Assembly: GCA_037447605.1 (NCBI GenBank)
Contig: CM074813.1
Span: forward strand, 1,426,001-1,490,000
Length of the DNA stretch: 64,000 nucleotides
DNA from: Zygnema circumcarinatum SAG 698-1b
Lineage: Eukaryota > Plantae > Zygnematophyceae
Direction: 5' to 3'
The notes below the pieces were generated by a model. That model worked only from the letters and a program-made list of their open reading frames with translations, did not search any database and had not been told where the DNA came from. Shown piece by piece: positions 45,454 to 57,847 of this stretch. A program made the position numbers and the translations under genes. Each line of letters starts with the position of its first letter. Position 1 is the first letter of the stretch.

Positions 45454-48400
45454 CTATATGAGCGAGTCCGGCGCGTGGCCCTTGTGCAGTCCGGAGGTGA
45501 GGCCGAGCGGCGCGTCCGGGAGGGGGCGCCGCGTGGCGGAGTCGAGCGGCGGCAGCACGCAGCACTGCGCGAAGTGGGCGCCGTCGTACGAGTACGTGTA
45601 CGGTAGCGCCGTCACCACCTGCACCCACAGAGAGACAGAGAGACAGACAGACAAGAAGCTTCAGCTACCTTCTAGAGTTCAACTTCCGATATATTTTGCA
45701 AATATTCTTGATTACATCAACAAAGTTTTTGCCGGGAAAAAAAAGCTGGAGTTTGCCGGCGCAAGAGTGGCTACCTGCAATCTCAACATCTCCGCATGCG
45801 AAAGGCCGCTGAGGCTCGAGATGATGCAACGGAGCACATTTCCATGCGCCACGAGGAGCACATTATGACCCTCCTTCAAGCGAGGAGTTATTGTATTCTG
45901 AAAGAAACCGACGCTGCGGTCCCACGTGTCCTGTCATCCCCTCCAGCAGACAAAGAAAAAAATCACTCCACCGCGAAAAGCCTGCACTACATGCTTCTTC
46001 ATAATAGAAAAAACTGTCCTCCCCCCTTCAACCTCTCCTCCTCCTCCTCCTCCTTCTGACCTCACATACTTCTCCACGAACTGGCTAGAAGGAGGGTCGG
46101 TAAAGGAAAAGCTTACAAGCAAGCTCTCCCCTCGAGGAGGCCTTGTATCGTGACTTCTGCGCCACATCTGCACCATCTCCTCCCCAAATTCTCGAGCAGC
46201 TGCCTCCTTGTTAAGGCCCTGCAGCAGCAGAAAAGGAACCATTTATTTGAGTTTAGATACTTAGAACCAATCTGCGCTTCCCCTACGTTCTCCCGTCCAT
46301 AGTTCTGTCCTCTTCATTCTCAAAGCAGCATAGTTTCACTACCACTCACACGATGCAATTGTAGCAAACGATAAACCAAACCCTAAACCAAACTGTGAGG
46401 TACATAGACATAGTTCTCAAATACTTCCACATTTCAGACTTGGCCCTTCTCCCCAATAACAGCAGGACCACCAACAGACCCAAAACTCAATTTCTGAGAC
46501 AGCTGAAAGGAAAGCCAATCACAATCACAATCACTCAACATGGCGAATCAACCATTGGAAAGATCTCATCTCCCTCATCGTTCCCTTCAAAAGTGGATGG
46601 AAAAGGACCCCCACCTGCAGGTCCCCATAGCATCGCTCATTGAGAGAGGGATCTGCGTATACAGGAATCATATGGCAAGCTGCCTGCCTCAGCGCTTGAG
46701 CCGCAGCTGCTCGAAGCCTTAAACGATTCTCATCTCCCGTCTTCCCATTACCATGATATCCTCCTCTCACAATTACAGGCACAGCCTTTCGAACACTCTG
46801 CAAGCAAAGGTAGCAGCAGCAGCAGCAGCAACACTATAAGACTTCACAGAAAAATGTAGATCCCATTCTAGATATTTTCGATTTCTAGTATGTACTTGGA
46901 GGAGTTGCTGAAACGGCCTTCAGTTGAGTTGAGTTTCACCGCACACGTGTTTACAGGAAACCTCCAGATTGAGATTTTGGGTGTCAACTAAATAATAGGG
47001 ACGGTAAAAGGAGAAATGGCTCCGGGCAGATTCTGTTGTCTCCAGGAAATGCTGCTTAAGCTGTGCATCAAAGCTTCCGGTCCTAACATGATCTCCTCCT
47101 CTAGCCCAAGAAAGCGAGCAAACCCGCAGGAAGTCATCCTCATTTGAAGAAAAATTCTCTTTTTTGCTCAAAGACACCTTGTCGGAGTGCGAGAAATGCT
47201 ACTCCTGTTAATCTGCATTTCTTGCAGTGCTTTGTTCTATCAAAAACCTTTCTGCATGCAAACGACCCTTACATGAAGTATTATCCTTTGCATCGTTACC
47301 TGAGTCATAGCCAGCAGAGCCGTCTGCTTTGATCGCATGAGCCGGCTTGTGAAGATCATATCAAAATCAATTTTTGCAACTGCCCTTCCTCCAGCCAACG
47401 CCTCCATCACGCCCTTCTCTGTGAGAGGAATATCGACATCCCTGTCTCATCAACAAACTAAACCAAAGATCAATGACATAACCATTTGTCGCCTTTCAAT
47501 GGAAATAGATGTCAAATCGCAATATTCTTCAACAAGGCGTGCCAATATTGCATCCAGATTGAACCCATTCATTTACATAATCTAAACCGGAAAGTTTTCA
47601 GGGATTAACAGAACTGTCGCTTGTCCTTTAAAGAACGATCGTGATGGCAGTACTGAAACAATATCGTAAAATAGTTTGCAGCTTACCCAGTAAAGAGCTT
47701 CATGTCATTCCACATGCTTTCTCCTGCAAAGACGTACATATTGGATTTTGTTAAGATGGGTTTCTTAAATTTAACGTATTTGGAACTACCATTAGGTAGC
47801 AGAAAGTTCAACCTTATGACAAGTCTATTTCTGCTTCCCCTGCTACATGAACCAAGTACAATATAGCTGAAAACTTTCTACCGCAGCTATCTCATGGTTA
47901 GAAGCAACTATCTTAGACATTAGCGGAAGGAGGAAGAGGGAAGGAACGGAGGCACGCAAAGGATAGAACGGGAAGAATAATAAGGAGGCGTGTGCAGAGG
48001 GCAAGGAACGGAGGGCAATATAGGAGGGAAATAGGGAGTGTGCGAGAGGCGATATGGTAGTGAGCTGCGGGGGAACTGGACGTCAAGGAAGAGTGACCGC
48101 CTCAACAGTGCACCACCTCAAATTCCGAACTACATGCCATAATCTGACCCGCGTTACTGTTTAAGTACGGGAGAGAAATAGAATTCATTCATGCTCGAGT
48201 CAATGCCATCTTCTCTGGCTCAATCGAAAAATGATTAAAGGTACAAAACGAGCTTCCGTTTCCTCCTCCCCTCCAAATCCGCACATCTGCCACTCTATAC
48301 CTCTACTTCCCTCTCGCTTTCCCCTCTCTCCAACCTTCGTCTCCGTCCGTCTCCATATCTCGTCATCACTCCCGATGACCAACTCCTTCCCTCTCACAGT

Positions 48401-49182
48401 CTTCCTCGCTTCGTCTCTCTCCGCCTCCTCCTTCCTCTCCCTTCTCTCCTATTTCCGCGGCCCTGTTTCTCTCCGGCCCTAACTTCATCACCCCCTCCAA
48501 ACCTTACTTCATACATCCTATGCCGCTAATACATCCTTAACATAATCGAGTTCGGCCAAAAAACTGGAAAGGGCGTCGAACCTCATCCAGCATCTCGAGT
48601 ATTCAAATAAATTCGAGCAAATAAAAGACATATTCAGATATATTCATGCGTATACTGACCATGCCGCATAAGCACAAGCGTTGAAGTCACTTTGGAACTC
48701 CCCAAGACTTCGCCGCTTGAAGCTCCATCACCCTCCTGAGAGGCGGACCAATTGCGCAGATGTAGTCGTTCGGAATTTTCGGAGAATGCATCGGAAACCT
48801 CCTCAGAACTGCCCCTGTTGTCGCAGCTGCTGCTCTCGGCTTCCTCTCTCTCGCTTTCGGGATTCTCCGGTTGGGACGCAAAGTCCCCCTTCCGCGTTAG
48901 AGGCGGCGCCTTCAGGATCGCCACCGCGGTTCCATGTGTGAAATGCGATTCAGGTTGACGAATTCCAGCAGAGAATGGTTTCAGAGAGCGAAAGGAAAGC
49001 GAGGAGTGCGGCGAATACGAGGACGAGGCGGACAGAGCGGTGGCGGCGCGCGCGCTGTTGCCGCAGAAACTGGCTTCGAGGGGCCGCGAGGCGCAGCCGC
49101 CATCGCTTTGACGGAGGTTGGCCCCAAACTGCGCTGGCGGGCAGGCGCGCGCCACGGGCGGCGTGGGCGCGAGGGCGGCCAT
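45454..49182 (-). CDS. 2,3-bisphosphoglycerate-dependent phosphoglycerate mutase (histidine phosphatase superfamily, gpmA-like) with probable plastid transit peptide; 7 exons, about 435 aa
   Basis: Exons 49182-48660, 47723-47687, 47441-47300, 46797-46615, 46218-46117, 45930-45775, 45618-45454, phases consistent. Motifs [56 protein letters not shown]. The N-terminus is Ser/Ala/Arg-rich. Confidence 0.9.
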
Positions 49183-50914
49183 GGTGCAGGGAGGGAGAAA
49201 GGAGAGCGGGAGAGAGGGAGAAGGGGGGGGACAGACGGGGAGGGGCAGAGAGGTGAAGAGGGAGGGCGAGGGAGGTTAAGAAAAAGTTGACCAGCGGAGA
49301 TCCAACATCCAACGGAGTTACCGGCAGCGGGCGGACCAGGAAAGTTATTATATATTGGTGGCAGGGCCTGCTCCGGGACGAAGGAAAAACATCAGAGCCG
49401 AAAAAAATATGGTTGTGGATAAGCCACACGGTAGGAGGTTCTGAACTGTCGGATCGGAACCAATCTGCGGCGCAAATTGTTCGTCGGAGTTTTTTCTTTT
49501 AAACAATTATTTTTTAATCTGGCCTAATCGGAAATGGAAATCTGAGTCTCGGAAAATCGATCCCGTCGCTTTCTCTGGTTGGTTGATGCTGACGTGAAAC
49601 TCCTGTCGTGGTTCAACTCCCCCCGGTTGATCTCATATCTTGAACCGGATAGAAATCAGCGCAAAACAAGGACCAACCTCGACAACACCGACGGGATCCA
49701 CTAGATCCACTAGTTTGACCTGGTCCCCGGGCATATCCGCCGCGTTGATCCTGTGGTCCACACGATCGCTTTTCTGACGGCACCTTTTTGTTTTGTGGTT
49801 GAACGCGTCCGTTTCGTCCGCTGCCGACGTGGCATTCTCTGGTGGTCCCAACCGGCCCGGACCTGCCACGTGGCGCATATTCCTCGCCCTGCGCTCCCAG
49901 CATCCCGCGCCTGAGGCCCTGCTCCGCCAATCAGCGCCTCCCGCCCAAATCTAACTTCCGGTTCCCGGTCGGGCCCCGATTCGCCGAGTGCGGCGGACGG
50001 CCGCGATCGCCCCCCGCCGGCGGGGCGGGAAATATCGGGCCGAATCTGCCTTCAGGCCGCCTTCGATCGCCGGGCGGGGGGGGGGGCGGACCGTACGAAG
50101 GGAGGTACGGCACCTGCCGGGCGGTAAATGCGCGCGTGCAGCGGTCGGCTGCGATTGGCCGCTTCTGCCGAGTTTCCTTGTTGGCGCACTGCAGCCTCCA
50201 GCCATTTGCGCTGCGCCACGTGGCCCCCTTTTGTCCGGGTTGCCCGGCCAGTGGCTAGGCCAGAACGTTGTTCGGCTGCAACCCAACTAGCCAGCCAGCC
50301 AACCAACCAACCAACGGTTGGAACCCGCCAGTTGTACGGACGAACGGTACGGCATCCATCCATCCCCGCGGCGGTGCCTGCGGGTGGGTCCCACCGGCAG
50401 GCAGGGAGGCAGGCAAGCAGGCAGCTGTTTGTTGCTGACTGCTCTTGCATGCATGCATGCATGCATGCGTCGAGGAAGGGAAGGGAAGGGAGGCGAAGGG
50501 CCTCATAGCGTAGTTGGGGGGGCCTAGACGGAGACTTCCGCTCATGTCCTTGGGTCCTTTGTGACTGGCTGGTTCCTCGTGGTTCCCCATGATGTTGATG
50601 CACATTTGGTGGCCTCGCCATGCGTCAGACCAACCAACGCCATTCTTTGTTGTAAATGTGCCAATTTACATTTTCCGAAATACGTAGTGAACAAGAGCAG
50701 AGGTACAGACAGCTGTCTCTATACGGAGCCCGAAGCTTTGCATGCCTGCATGCCTGCATGCATGACTGCGATCTGCAGCGACAGTATTCTCAAAACTTCC
50801 CTATCTTTATCACCAAATATTTAATAAACTAACATTAACTCTACAAACTAAAGAATGTACTTGCAATTCAATAATCTCTGTCTGTCTCCATCCCAACGCG
50901 GCCCGCGCTGACTA

Positions 50915-53900
50915 CTAACAAGGTCTGAAGGCCGAGGAGGCGGTGTGGGGCTGACTCGCTGATGAGGATGATGATGATGATGATGATGACGTCACGAGGA
51001 AGCGGAGGAAGGAGCCGGAGGCCTCCGCCGGCGCTTCTCTGTACACGGGCGGGAGAGGCTTCTGCAGGGGACGAGGCGACGGCGGAGGGGTAGGCGTCTC
51101 TTTGTTGGCGGCTGCGGGAGAAGGGAAGGAGAGGAGAAAGAGAGGGGAAAATGAGTCAGGTAAACGATTTAGAGGAGGGGAGGGGGTAGGAGGAGAAGGA
51201 GAGTGAGGGAAAGAGGGAGGGAGAGAAAGCTTCAAGGAAGAGGAGGACGAAAGGGAGGAAAGCAGGTGTAGGAAGAGGAATACGGGGCGTTTCGGAAGGG
51301 AAGGATTTGGAGACTGGCGGAGAAGGGAAAAAGGAGGTAAGGGAAAGGCGGAAGAAGAGAAGGAAGTAATGAAGGTTCTCCCTTACCGTTCTGCGTCACA
51401 TGCAGGTAAATGACCATAGCGCTGAGAATTACAATCAAAAGTAAAGCAGCACCACCTCCTACAGCAGCCGTAATAACTGGAGCATTGCTGCTGCTGCTAC
51501 CGCTACCGCTGGGACCTGCACACGGAAAAAAATGAACAATTTAATTGATCGACCACCTTTCAAAAATGACGAGGCTCCTGTGAATTTATGCAAGAAAGAG
51601 TATCAAACATGTACAGGGTTCCACACTATGATGCTGCATGGTGAGGTCTCACCATGGTCCTTACGAGCTTGAGGAGGGCTGCATCACGTTACCTGGCGGA
51701 GCAGGTGGTATTGAAGGGGGCGGCCCCTTTCCATCTTCGATTCGTGCAGGCGGAGCTGCACATGCGACCGTTCAACGAATTATTTCAGCGTTGCAAGTAA
51801 AAAACGCTCCCTCTCTTAAGAAGTTATTTTTACACATGCAAATAAACGCTACAACTCTATGCAATGCAGAGGCAGCAGCATCTGAAAGCAGATTTTTTTT
51901 AAAGGTGTACCTTCCCAGATCATGACCTGCGACATGGCTGCAAAACAATCCAAATCACGTCGACCTCCTCTAACAAGCTCACTCCTTGTGTGTCAGTTAT
52001 CGCTACAGAATGATGCTACTGTTTTTGCCTCTATCTCCACGGACCTGTGAGAGTTACATTTGCGAGTGAGAGAGCGCATGTCCCCGCGGCATGGTCCCAT
52101 GCAGGCACGACCAAATACTTGGCCCCATCGTTACCGAACACGTTGTAGACACCTGCAACGGGAAAAGTTAGTTCCATTTGAAAAAATGAAGATTAAGTTC
52201 CATTTGAGAAAATGAAGATTTTTCCATTTTCCATTGCCATTTTTTCCATTTTAGACTTAGTTCCATTTGTAATACCATCAATTCATAGGAACGAAGGGGG
52301 CACCGTGACCTAGGTATAGTAAGGCCTTGGTTGAGCATGGGATCAGCTTTGGAAGCAGCGATCGTATCAACATGCAAGCGAGACATGCAACATATTCTCG
52401 CCATACATAAAAACATGACAATCTGCTCGTCTTTCAAGTGAAGTGACTCACCCTTATCTGCATCAAAAATTACATCCGAGAAATTTTTGTAACAATAAGT
52501 TCCGATGCTGTTATTGAAAGGATCATGCCATCCGTTGCTCAGCGGATTCGTCATAATGTTGAGCAAATTGTAGCTTATTTCATATATTGTGCGATCAATT
52601 ATTGGACTCCCTGTAACTCGCTGAGCTGAAATGGCGTAACTGTAGCCACAGGAAGAGCAGCCGGAAGTATAAACCATCGAAATTTTTAGCGCAAGATTTT
52701 TAGTTTCGTCCATATGAACAGTGTGCTTGCTACAGGAACAAGCGTCCTCAACCTGCTTCACGATGAGGGGGGAGTGGTAGACGGAGTTGTAGTAAGTTGT
52801 CAGAAAGACTGGGAAAGAAAGAGGTGGGAAGAAGGGGAGAGTGAAGAGAGGAGGCGACAAAAATAGAGAATAAACAATAAAAAAAAAAAAAAAAAAAAAC
52901 CTCGTCCGCCCTCTTCCGTCCCTCTCTCTGTCGCTCCCTTGCCTTGTCTTAAAACAATTTCTTCGCATTCTCTCTGTCACCCGCCCTACTCACATTCTCT
53001 CCCCTCTCTCCACCCTCTCATCACTCTCTTCCTTCGTCAATCACCATTCCGATGCCTTGTTTACTTGCCTCGTTCTTCTCCCCACTTCCCTCTTTCTTTG
53101 CTGTCCCTCTCTCCCTCCCTCCCTCCCTCCCTCCCCCCTCGATTCCAGACATTCCCAACTCTCTCCCCAAATTATCCTCCCCTTGTCCCTCACCTCTTCC
53201 AATTCCCCCCTTCCACACTCGCTTTCACCCCCCCGTTCCTCTCCTTTCATTAATTGTTATAATTAATAACTTATTTCACTCACCCACGTTCCTAGCTACT
53301 GCCGCCCCTCCTCTCTCCCTCTCTCCTCTCTCCCTCTCTCCCACTATCCCTCTCTCCCTCTCTCTCCCCCCTCCAAGGGGCAGCTGCAGCTGAAGCTTCA
53401 CCTGAACATCGTCGCTTAGAAGTATGAAATAGATGGCATCCTCCTCCCACAAAAATCGATTCCCATTCGAAGCATTCTTCGCATTTTCGATAATCTTTAT
53501 CGTGGAATCCTCCATGCCCTTCACCGTGAAATTAGCGCCCCTCGAATAAGCATCATCCGCCGTGCCTGCCAAATTCACGGAAGGAGAAATGCGCCCATCG
53601 CTCGAACCATACCGCTCGAGCACGGCCCACCAATCTCCCAAATTAGGGTTTTGAGAGCTCACGCTTCCTGAACCCAGAGATAGAATAAACCCTTCTATGG
53701 CCTCTTTCTCCTGAGCAGCCCAGAGGCCGTAGAACACTAAGTAGATGCGCACTCCCCCGCCCATCACCGGCCCGCCATTGTACGATATGGGGCTCCCCAA
53801 AAACGAATTCTTATGATTTCCGTTCTTAATATTCGTCTCTAAATATACAAATCTGTTGTGGCCGAAGCCTCCCGCCGCCTCGAGGGGCCGCCCGGACGAA

Positions 53901-54115
53901 CCCTCCGTTCTTCTCCGCGGCTCCATGTGCCACGTGGATCCATCCGCCACGTGTCTCAATGCAGAAGAAGATCCTGCCATGGCGCACAGGATAAGGAGGA
54001 GGCTCCACGTGGCCACGTGGCGCGCCCTGCGGCAGCCCCCCCCGAGCTCCCCCGCCATGGCTGCCGCCTCCCCCCCCAGAGGGCGCCCGGGCGGACGGGC
54101 GGCTCCTCCCTCCAT
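50915..54115 (-). CDS. EXORDIUM/phosphate-induced protein 1 (Phi-1)-like protein with predicted C-terminal transmembrane segment and cytosolic tail; 5 exons, about 482 aa
   Basis: Exons 54115-53402, 52752-52452, 52152-52045, 51515-51387, 51111-50915, all phases consistent. Phi-1-like motifs ISYNGGPVM, IYLVFYG, FILSL, DWW, IYFILLSDDV, MTNPLSNGW, YNVFGNDGAKYLVVPAWD. Signal-peptide-like segment WSLLLILCAMAGSSSA. TM segment VITAAVGGGAALLLIVILSAMVIYL. Confidence 0.78.
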
Positions 54116-54475
54116 CCAACTGCCCGTTCTTTTGTCGCGTCCGGCCGTACCTTACGAAGCCAGTGGACCATATGGGATGACCGTTGCTCGTTGACCACCG
54201 ACCTACTTTAACAAGCTATTCAATAGTGAGTTTAGTGGCTAGATAGCTAGATCTAGCTCTAGGGCGTACCAAACCGTACCTGTTAACCATCAGCCTTGGA
54301 AATTGTTCGAAGCGGTATTCGAACCTGATATCGAGTCCAAACCTGCGATCTTAGCAATTTACATCGGACGGCGGCGAGTCTCCGCCGAACCTTTATTTCG
54401 AACCCCGGGCCTTTCAGATTCAGCTAGTCGCACTGAAGACCGTACAGTGGACAGCACCCTCATATTTTCGCCATG

Positions 54476-55005
54476 GTTTCACAGTTCGGACCAGTGGATC
54501 GGCAACCATTGGACAATCATTGGATAGCAATGGTTGGACGTCTACTGGTTGGCAACCAGTCGACTGGTTGCCAACCAGTGGCATCCACTGGTTCCAAACC
54601 AGTCGAATGGTTGCCAACCAGTGGCATCTGGATGGCAACCAGTCGAATGGTTGTTTCGGTCCGCAATCACTGGTTGGCAACCAGTCGAATGGTTGCCTAC
54701 CAGTTGATCCACTGGTTGGCAACCAGTCGACTGGTTTGGAACCAGTGGATGCCACTGGTTGGCAACCAGTCGAATGGTTGTTTCGGTCCGCAATCACTGG
54801 TTGGCAACCAGTCGAATGGTTGCCAACCAGTGGCATCCACTGGTTCCAAACCAGTCGAATGGTTGTTTCGGTCCTGAGCCACTGGTTGGCAACCAGTCGA
54901 ATGGTTGTTTCGGTCCTGAGCCACTGGTTGGCAACCAGTCGAATGGTTGTTTCGGTCCGCAACCACTGGTTGCCAACCAGTCGACTGGTTTGTCTAATGG
55001 TCCGA
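54476..55005. mobile_element. Non-autonomous element built from palindromic CTGGTTG(G/C)CAACCAG modules (copy 1)
   Basis: Starts TTTCACAGTTCGGACCAGTGGATCGG and ends ACTGGTTTGTCTAATGGTCCGATCTG. It contains many 15-bp palindromes and near-tandem units of about 42 bp around 54880-54965. Confidence 0.7.
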
Positions 55006-55645
55006 TCTGCGCATGGTTTTGGCAAATATGGGGCGAAAATCTTGGATTTGCAAATATAAGGTTCGTGGCGGGCGGTATTATGTTAGAGTTCATGTATGTC
55101 CGTACGTATCGTACCGTAACATATCGTGATGCATAGTACCGTCGTGCCGTATCATATTGTACCGTATCGTATCGAAGCCATAAATGTTTATGACCAAAAG
55201 CATGATTTGGAACCACGAGGGACTGGTCGCAAAGGACCTAAGGACAAAAGAAAAAAGGTAGTGAATCGTTCGTCTCATTGATGATGCTACAATTGTTCAG
55301 ATCAGTCTGGTCAAGAATGTCGCCGTCAACGCCAGCACCCGAGTTGAGTTGTCGCCGAAGATTGCACTATCCGGCATGCATGAGGTTTGGACCGTCCAAC
55401 GACCCATCGAAGTCCATGGAGCTAAACAGTTCGTCTTCAAAGTCTTCATCGTCACGGGCGTCATTGCCATCAGCTCCGTTCAAACCCGCGTCTTAAGGCA
55501 CCCACTTCCTAAACACTCAACACGTGCGTGTAGTTTTGGGAAAATGATACAGCCGCCCCACTTTTTGGATATCTGCGCCCCCTTTCGGGAAAAAATGTTA
55601 CTTTCATTTTGGCTAATCACGCCCCCCCCCCCCCCCCCCCCCCCC

Positions 55646-55655
55646 NNNNNNNNNN
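55646..55655. other. Assembly gap (10 N) within a poly-C tract
   Basis: nnnnnnnnnn. Confidence 1.
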
Positions 55656-55700
55656 CCCCCCCCCCCCCCCCCCCCTTGGATCTTTCGGGAGGAGAGATCT

Positions 55701-56130
55701 TGTAGACAATCGGACCCCGCGCCTCGCGCGCAGGAACCGACCGTGCACCGACGTACGGCGCCGCGCATCGCGGCGTGGCCCGCCAGTTGCGGCGAGCCTA
55801 CGGAAACGGCATGAAAAAAAAAACAAAAAAAACAAATAAACGGCATGGCGGACCGGAAGCAGCGATGTCTAATGGAAAACTGCCACGTGGCAACCTCGAC
55901 CCAAATCGGTCAGGTGAGGACAACGTTTCCGTAGGCTCGCCGCATCTCGCGGGTGGTATTTCCAATGGCAGACTGCCACGTGGCAACCACTGACCAAAAA
56001 GGGTCCGGTGAGGATAACGTTTCCGTAGGCTTGCCGCATCTCGCGGGCCACGCCGCGATGCGCGGTGCCGTACGTCGGTGCACAGTCGGATCCTGCGTGC
56101 GAGGCGCGGGGTCCGATTGTCCGACTTACA
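55701..56130. mobile_element. About 430-bp foldback/MITE with long (about 110 bp) terminal inverted repeats
   Basis: GACAATCGGACCCCGCGCCTCGC...GCGAGCCTACGGAAACG (55705-55807) is the inverted copy of CGTTTCCGTAGGCTTGCC...GCGAGGCGCGGGGTCCGATTGTC (56018-56121). No TSD is evident. Confidence 0.7.
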
Positions 56131-56153
56131 CCACCACCGTACTGTACAAAAGT

Positions 56154-57847
56154 TTCACAGTTCGGACCAGTGGATCGGCAACCATTGGACAACCATTGGA
56201 TGGCAATGGTTGGACGTCTACTGGTTGGCAATCAGTCGACTGGTTGCCAACCAGTGGATGCCACTGGTTGGCAACCAGTCGAATGGTTGTTTCGGTCCGC
56301 AACCACTGGTTGGCAACCAGTCGAATGGTTGCCTACCAGTGGATCTACTGGTTGGCAACCAGTCGACTGGTTTGGAACCAGTGGATGCCACTGGTTGGCA
56401 ACCAGTCGACTGGTTTGGAACCACTGGATGCTGTTGGTGGAGGGACTCCTCCACTGCTGCCGTCCGTTCCTCCATTCGGGTCACCCTCCATCGGAGTTCG
56501 CGTTCCAATCGACGATGACATCTTCAAATCTCTCACATTCACTCATAGCCCATTTTACTCACAGAGTGAATCACAGCAAATAATGCACAGCGGAATAACA
56601 GAGAGAAATGAATAGGAGAAAGCTCCTGGCTCTAAAACTCCTTAATAGTGAATTCACTCATACATTGAGAGACCCCCTCTCAAATCGGCCGCTCAGCAAT
56701 CTCACAGCTCACTACCTCACAGCACGAGTAAGTGTAGTGTCGCAACACGAGCGAACAGCATAACAGAGACTACAACAGCCTGAATGAATTGTTTGCCTAC
56801 AACAAAAACAATCCTTAAATACTATGTCACTACACACGTGACAACAACATGCTACGGAGCTAACAACATCGACTAGCGGCCTGCAAGGGCCCTATCCCGA
56901 TCCTAATCCTGCGCCGTCGGATCCTCGTAGACTCACACGGATCCAGCCCTTTGCTTCCGTCGGATCCGACTCAGCCTTCCGTTCAATCCACGTCTTGCGC
57001 CGTAGGATCTGACCTTGCCTCCAAGATAGATGACGCGTCAATCCTCGCGTCGTCTCACGCCACCGACAATTCGACGCAGCTCCGTACAGTTCTGAATCGC
57101 GTGCCGACAATCTGACGCCACTTCGCGCCAAGTCCAAATCGGCCAATCCAAAGGCTGACGCCGCGCCACGTCACTTCAAATTTGCGCGCAGTTTCGCGCG
57201 TCGCGTCACATCTTCGATTCGCTCCGCGTCCGCGTCCGCGCCACGTCACATTTCAAATCGTCGCGTCACGCCTCGTCACTTCTGACTCCGCCGCGCCGCG
57301 CCTCTCCACCGACCAAAATCCGTACCGCCGCTCGTCGGTCTAGGCGCACATCGCCGCCAAGGGCCACACACAACACGCACACAAAACTAATGTCCCAACA
57401 ACAACTTGTCTAGTGACTAACTACTATACACTAACGGATGCTACTGGATGGCAACCAGTCGAATGGTTATATCCATTAAATCAAATGGTTGGCAACCATT
57501 AAATCACTAGTTGTAGCGAACTGAACGCTACAGTTACCAAAATGTCGTCGGCATTTCGGAGAAAACTATTACGGTTCGGCCGTACAGAACCATCGTACAA
57601 CCGTACGATTCGGATGTACGAATCCGTACATATCTGTACGCATCAGGCTTGTTACACTAGTTGTCAACGGTTGGCAACCAACCAAAAAACACAAACGACC
57701 CATTTTTGCAAAAAGGCATAATTTTAGAAATTCAATGGTTGCCAACCATTGAATCCAGTTCGAACGGTCGAATGGTTGTTTCAGTCCTGCGCCCACTGGT
57801 TCGCAACCAGTGGAAACTGGTTTGTCTAATGAAGTCCGTCTGTGAAA
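56154..57847. mobile_element. Second copy of the CTGGTTGGCAACCAG-module element, interrupted by a solo LTR
   Basis: Same start as 54476 (TTTCACAGTTCGGACCAGTGGATCGGCAACCATTGG) and same ACTGGTTTGTCTAATG near its end. It ends GTCCGTCTGTGAAA, which is TIR-like. Confidence 0.7.
56432..57436 (-). mobile_element. Solo LTR of a Ty1/copia family with 5-bp TSD GATGC
   Basis: Both ends align in reverse orientation to the LTR at 59786-60814 (TGTTGGTGG...CATTTTACTCACAGAG at one end; CACAAAACTAATGT...CTAACTA..ATACACTAAC at the other). GATGC occurs at 56427-56431 and 57437-57441. Confidence 0.82.

Noticed and set aside
49575-49630. GGTTCAACTCC B-box-like motif as a tRNA or SINE
   Set aside because: No T-stem or acceptor-stem pairing could be built around it.
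50447-50765. (CATG)n RY-motif runs as B3/ABI3 regulatory sites
   Set aside because: Similar runs are scattered through the window (about 5305, 19675) and are indistinguishable from simple-repeat background without functional data.
52168-52451. C-terminal half of the 270-aa ORF (ESLHLKDEQ...FFKWN) as coding sequence
   Set aside because: A strong AAGG|gtgagt donor lies at 52452, and the conserved Phi-1 C-terminus resumes at the 52152 acceptor, so this stretch is intronic.
54476-56430. CRISPR-like array
   Set aside because: The context is eukaryotic, the repeats are contiguous shuffled modules without unique constant-length spacers, and there are no cas genes.
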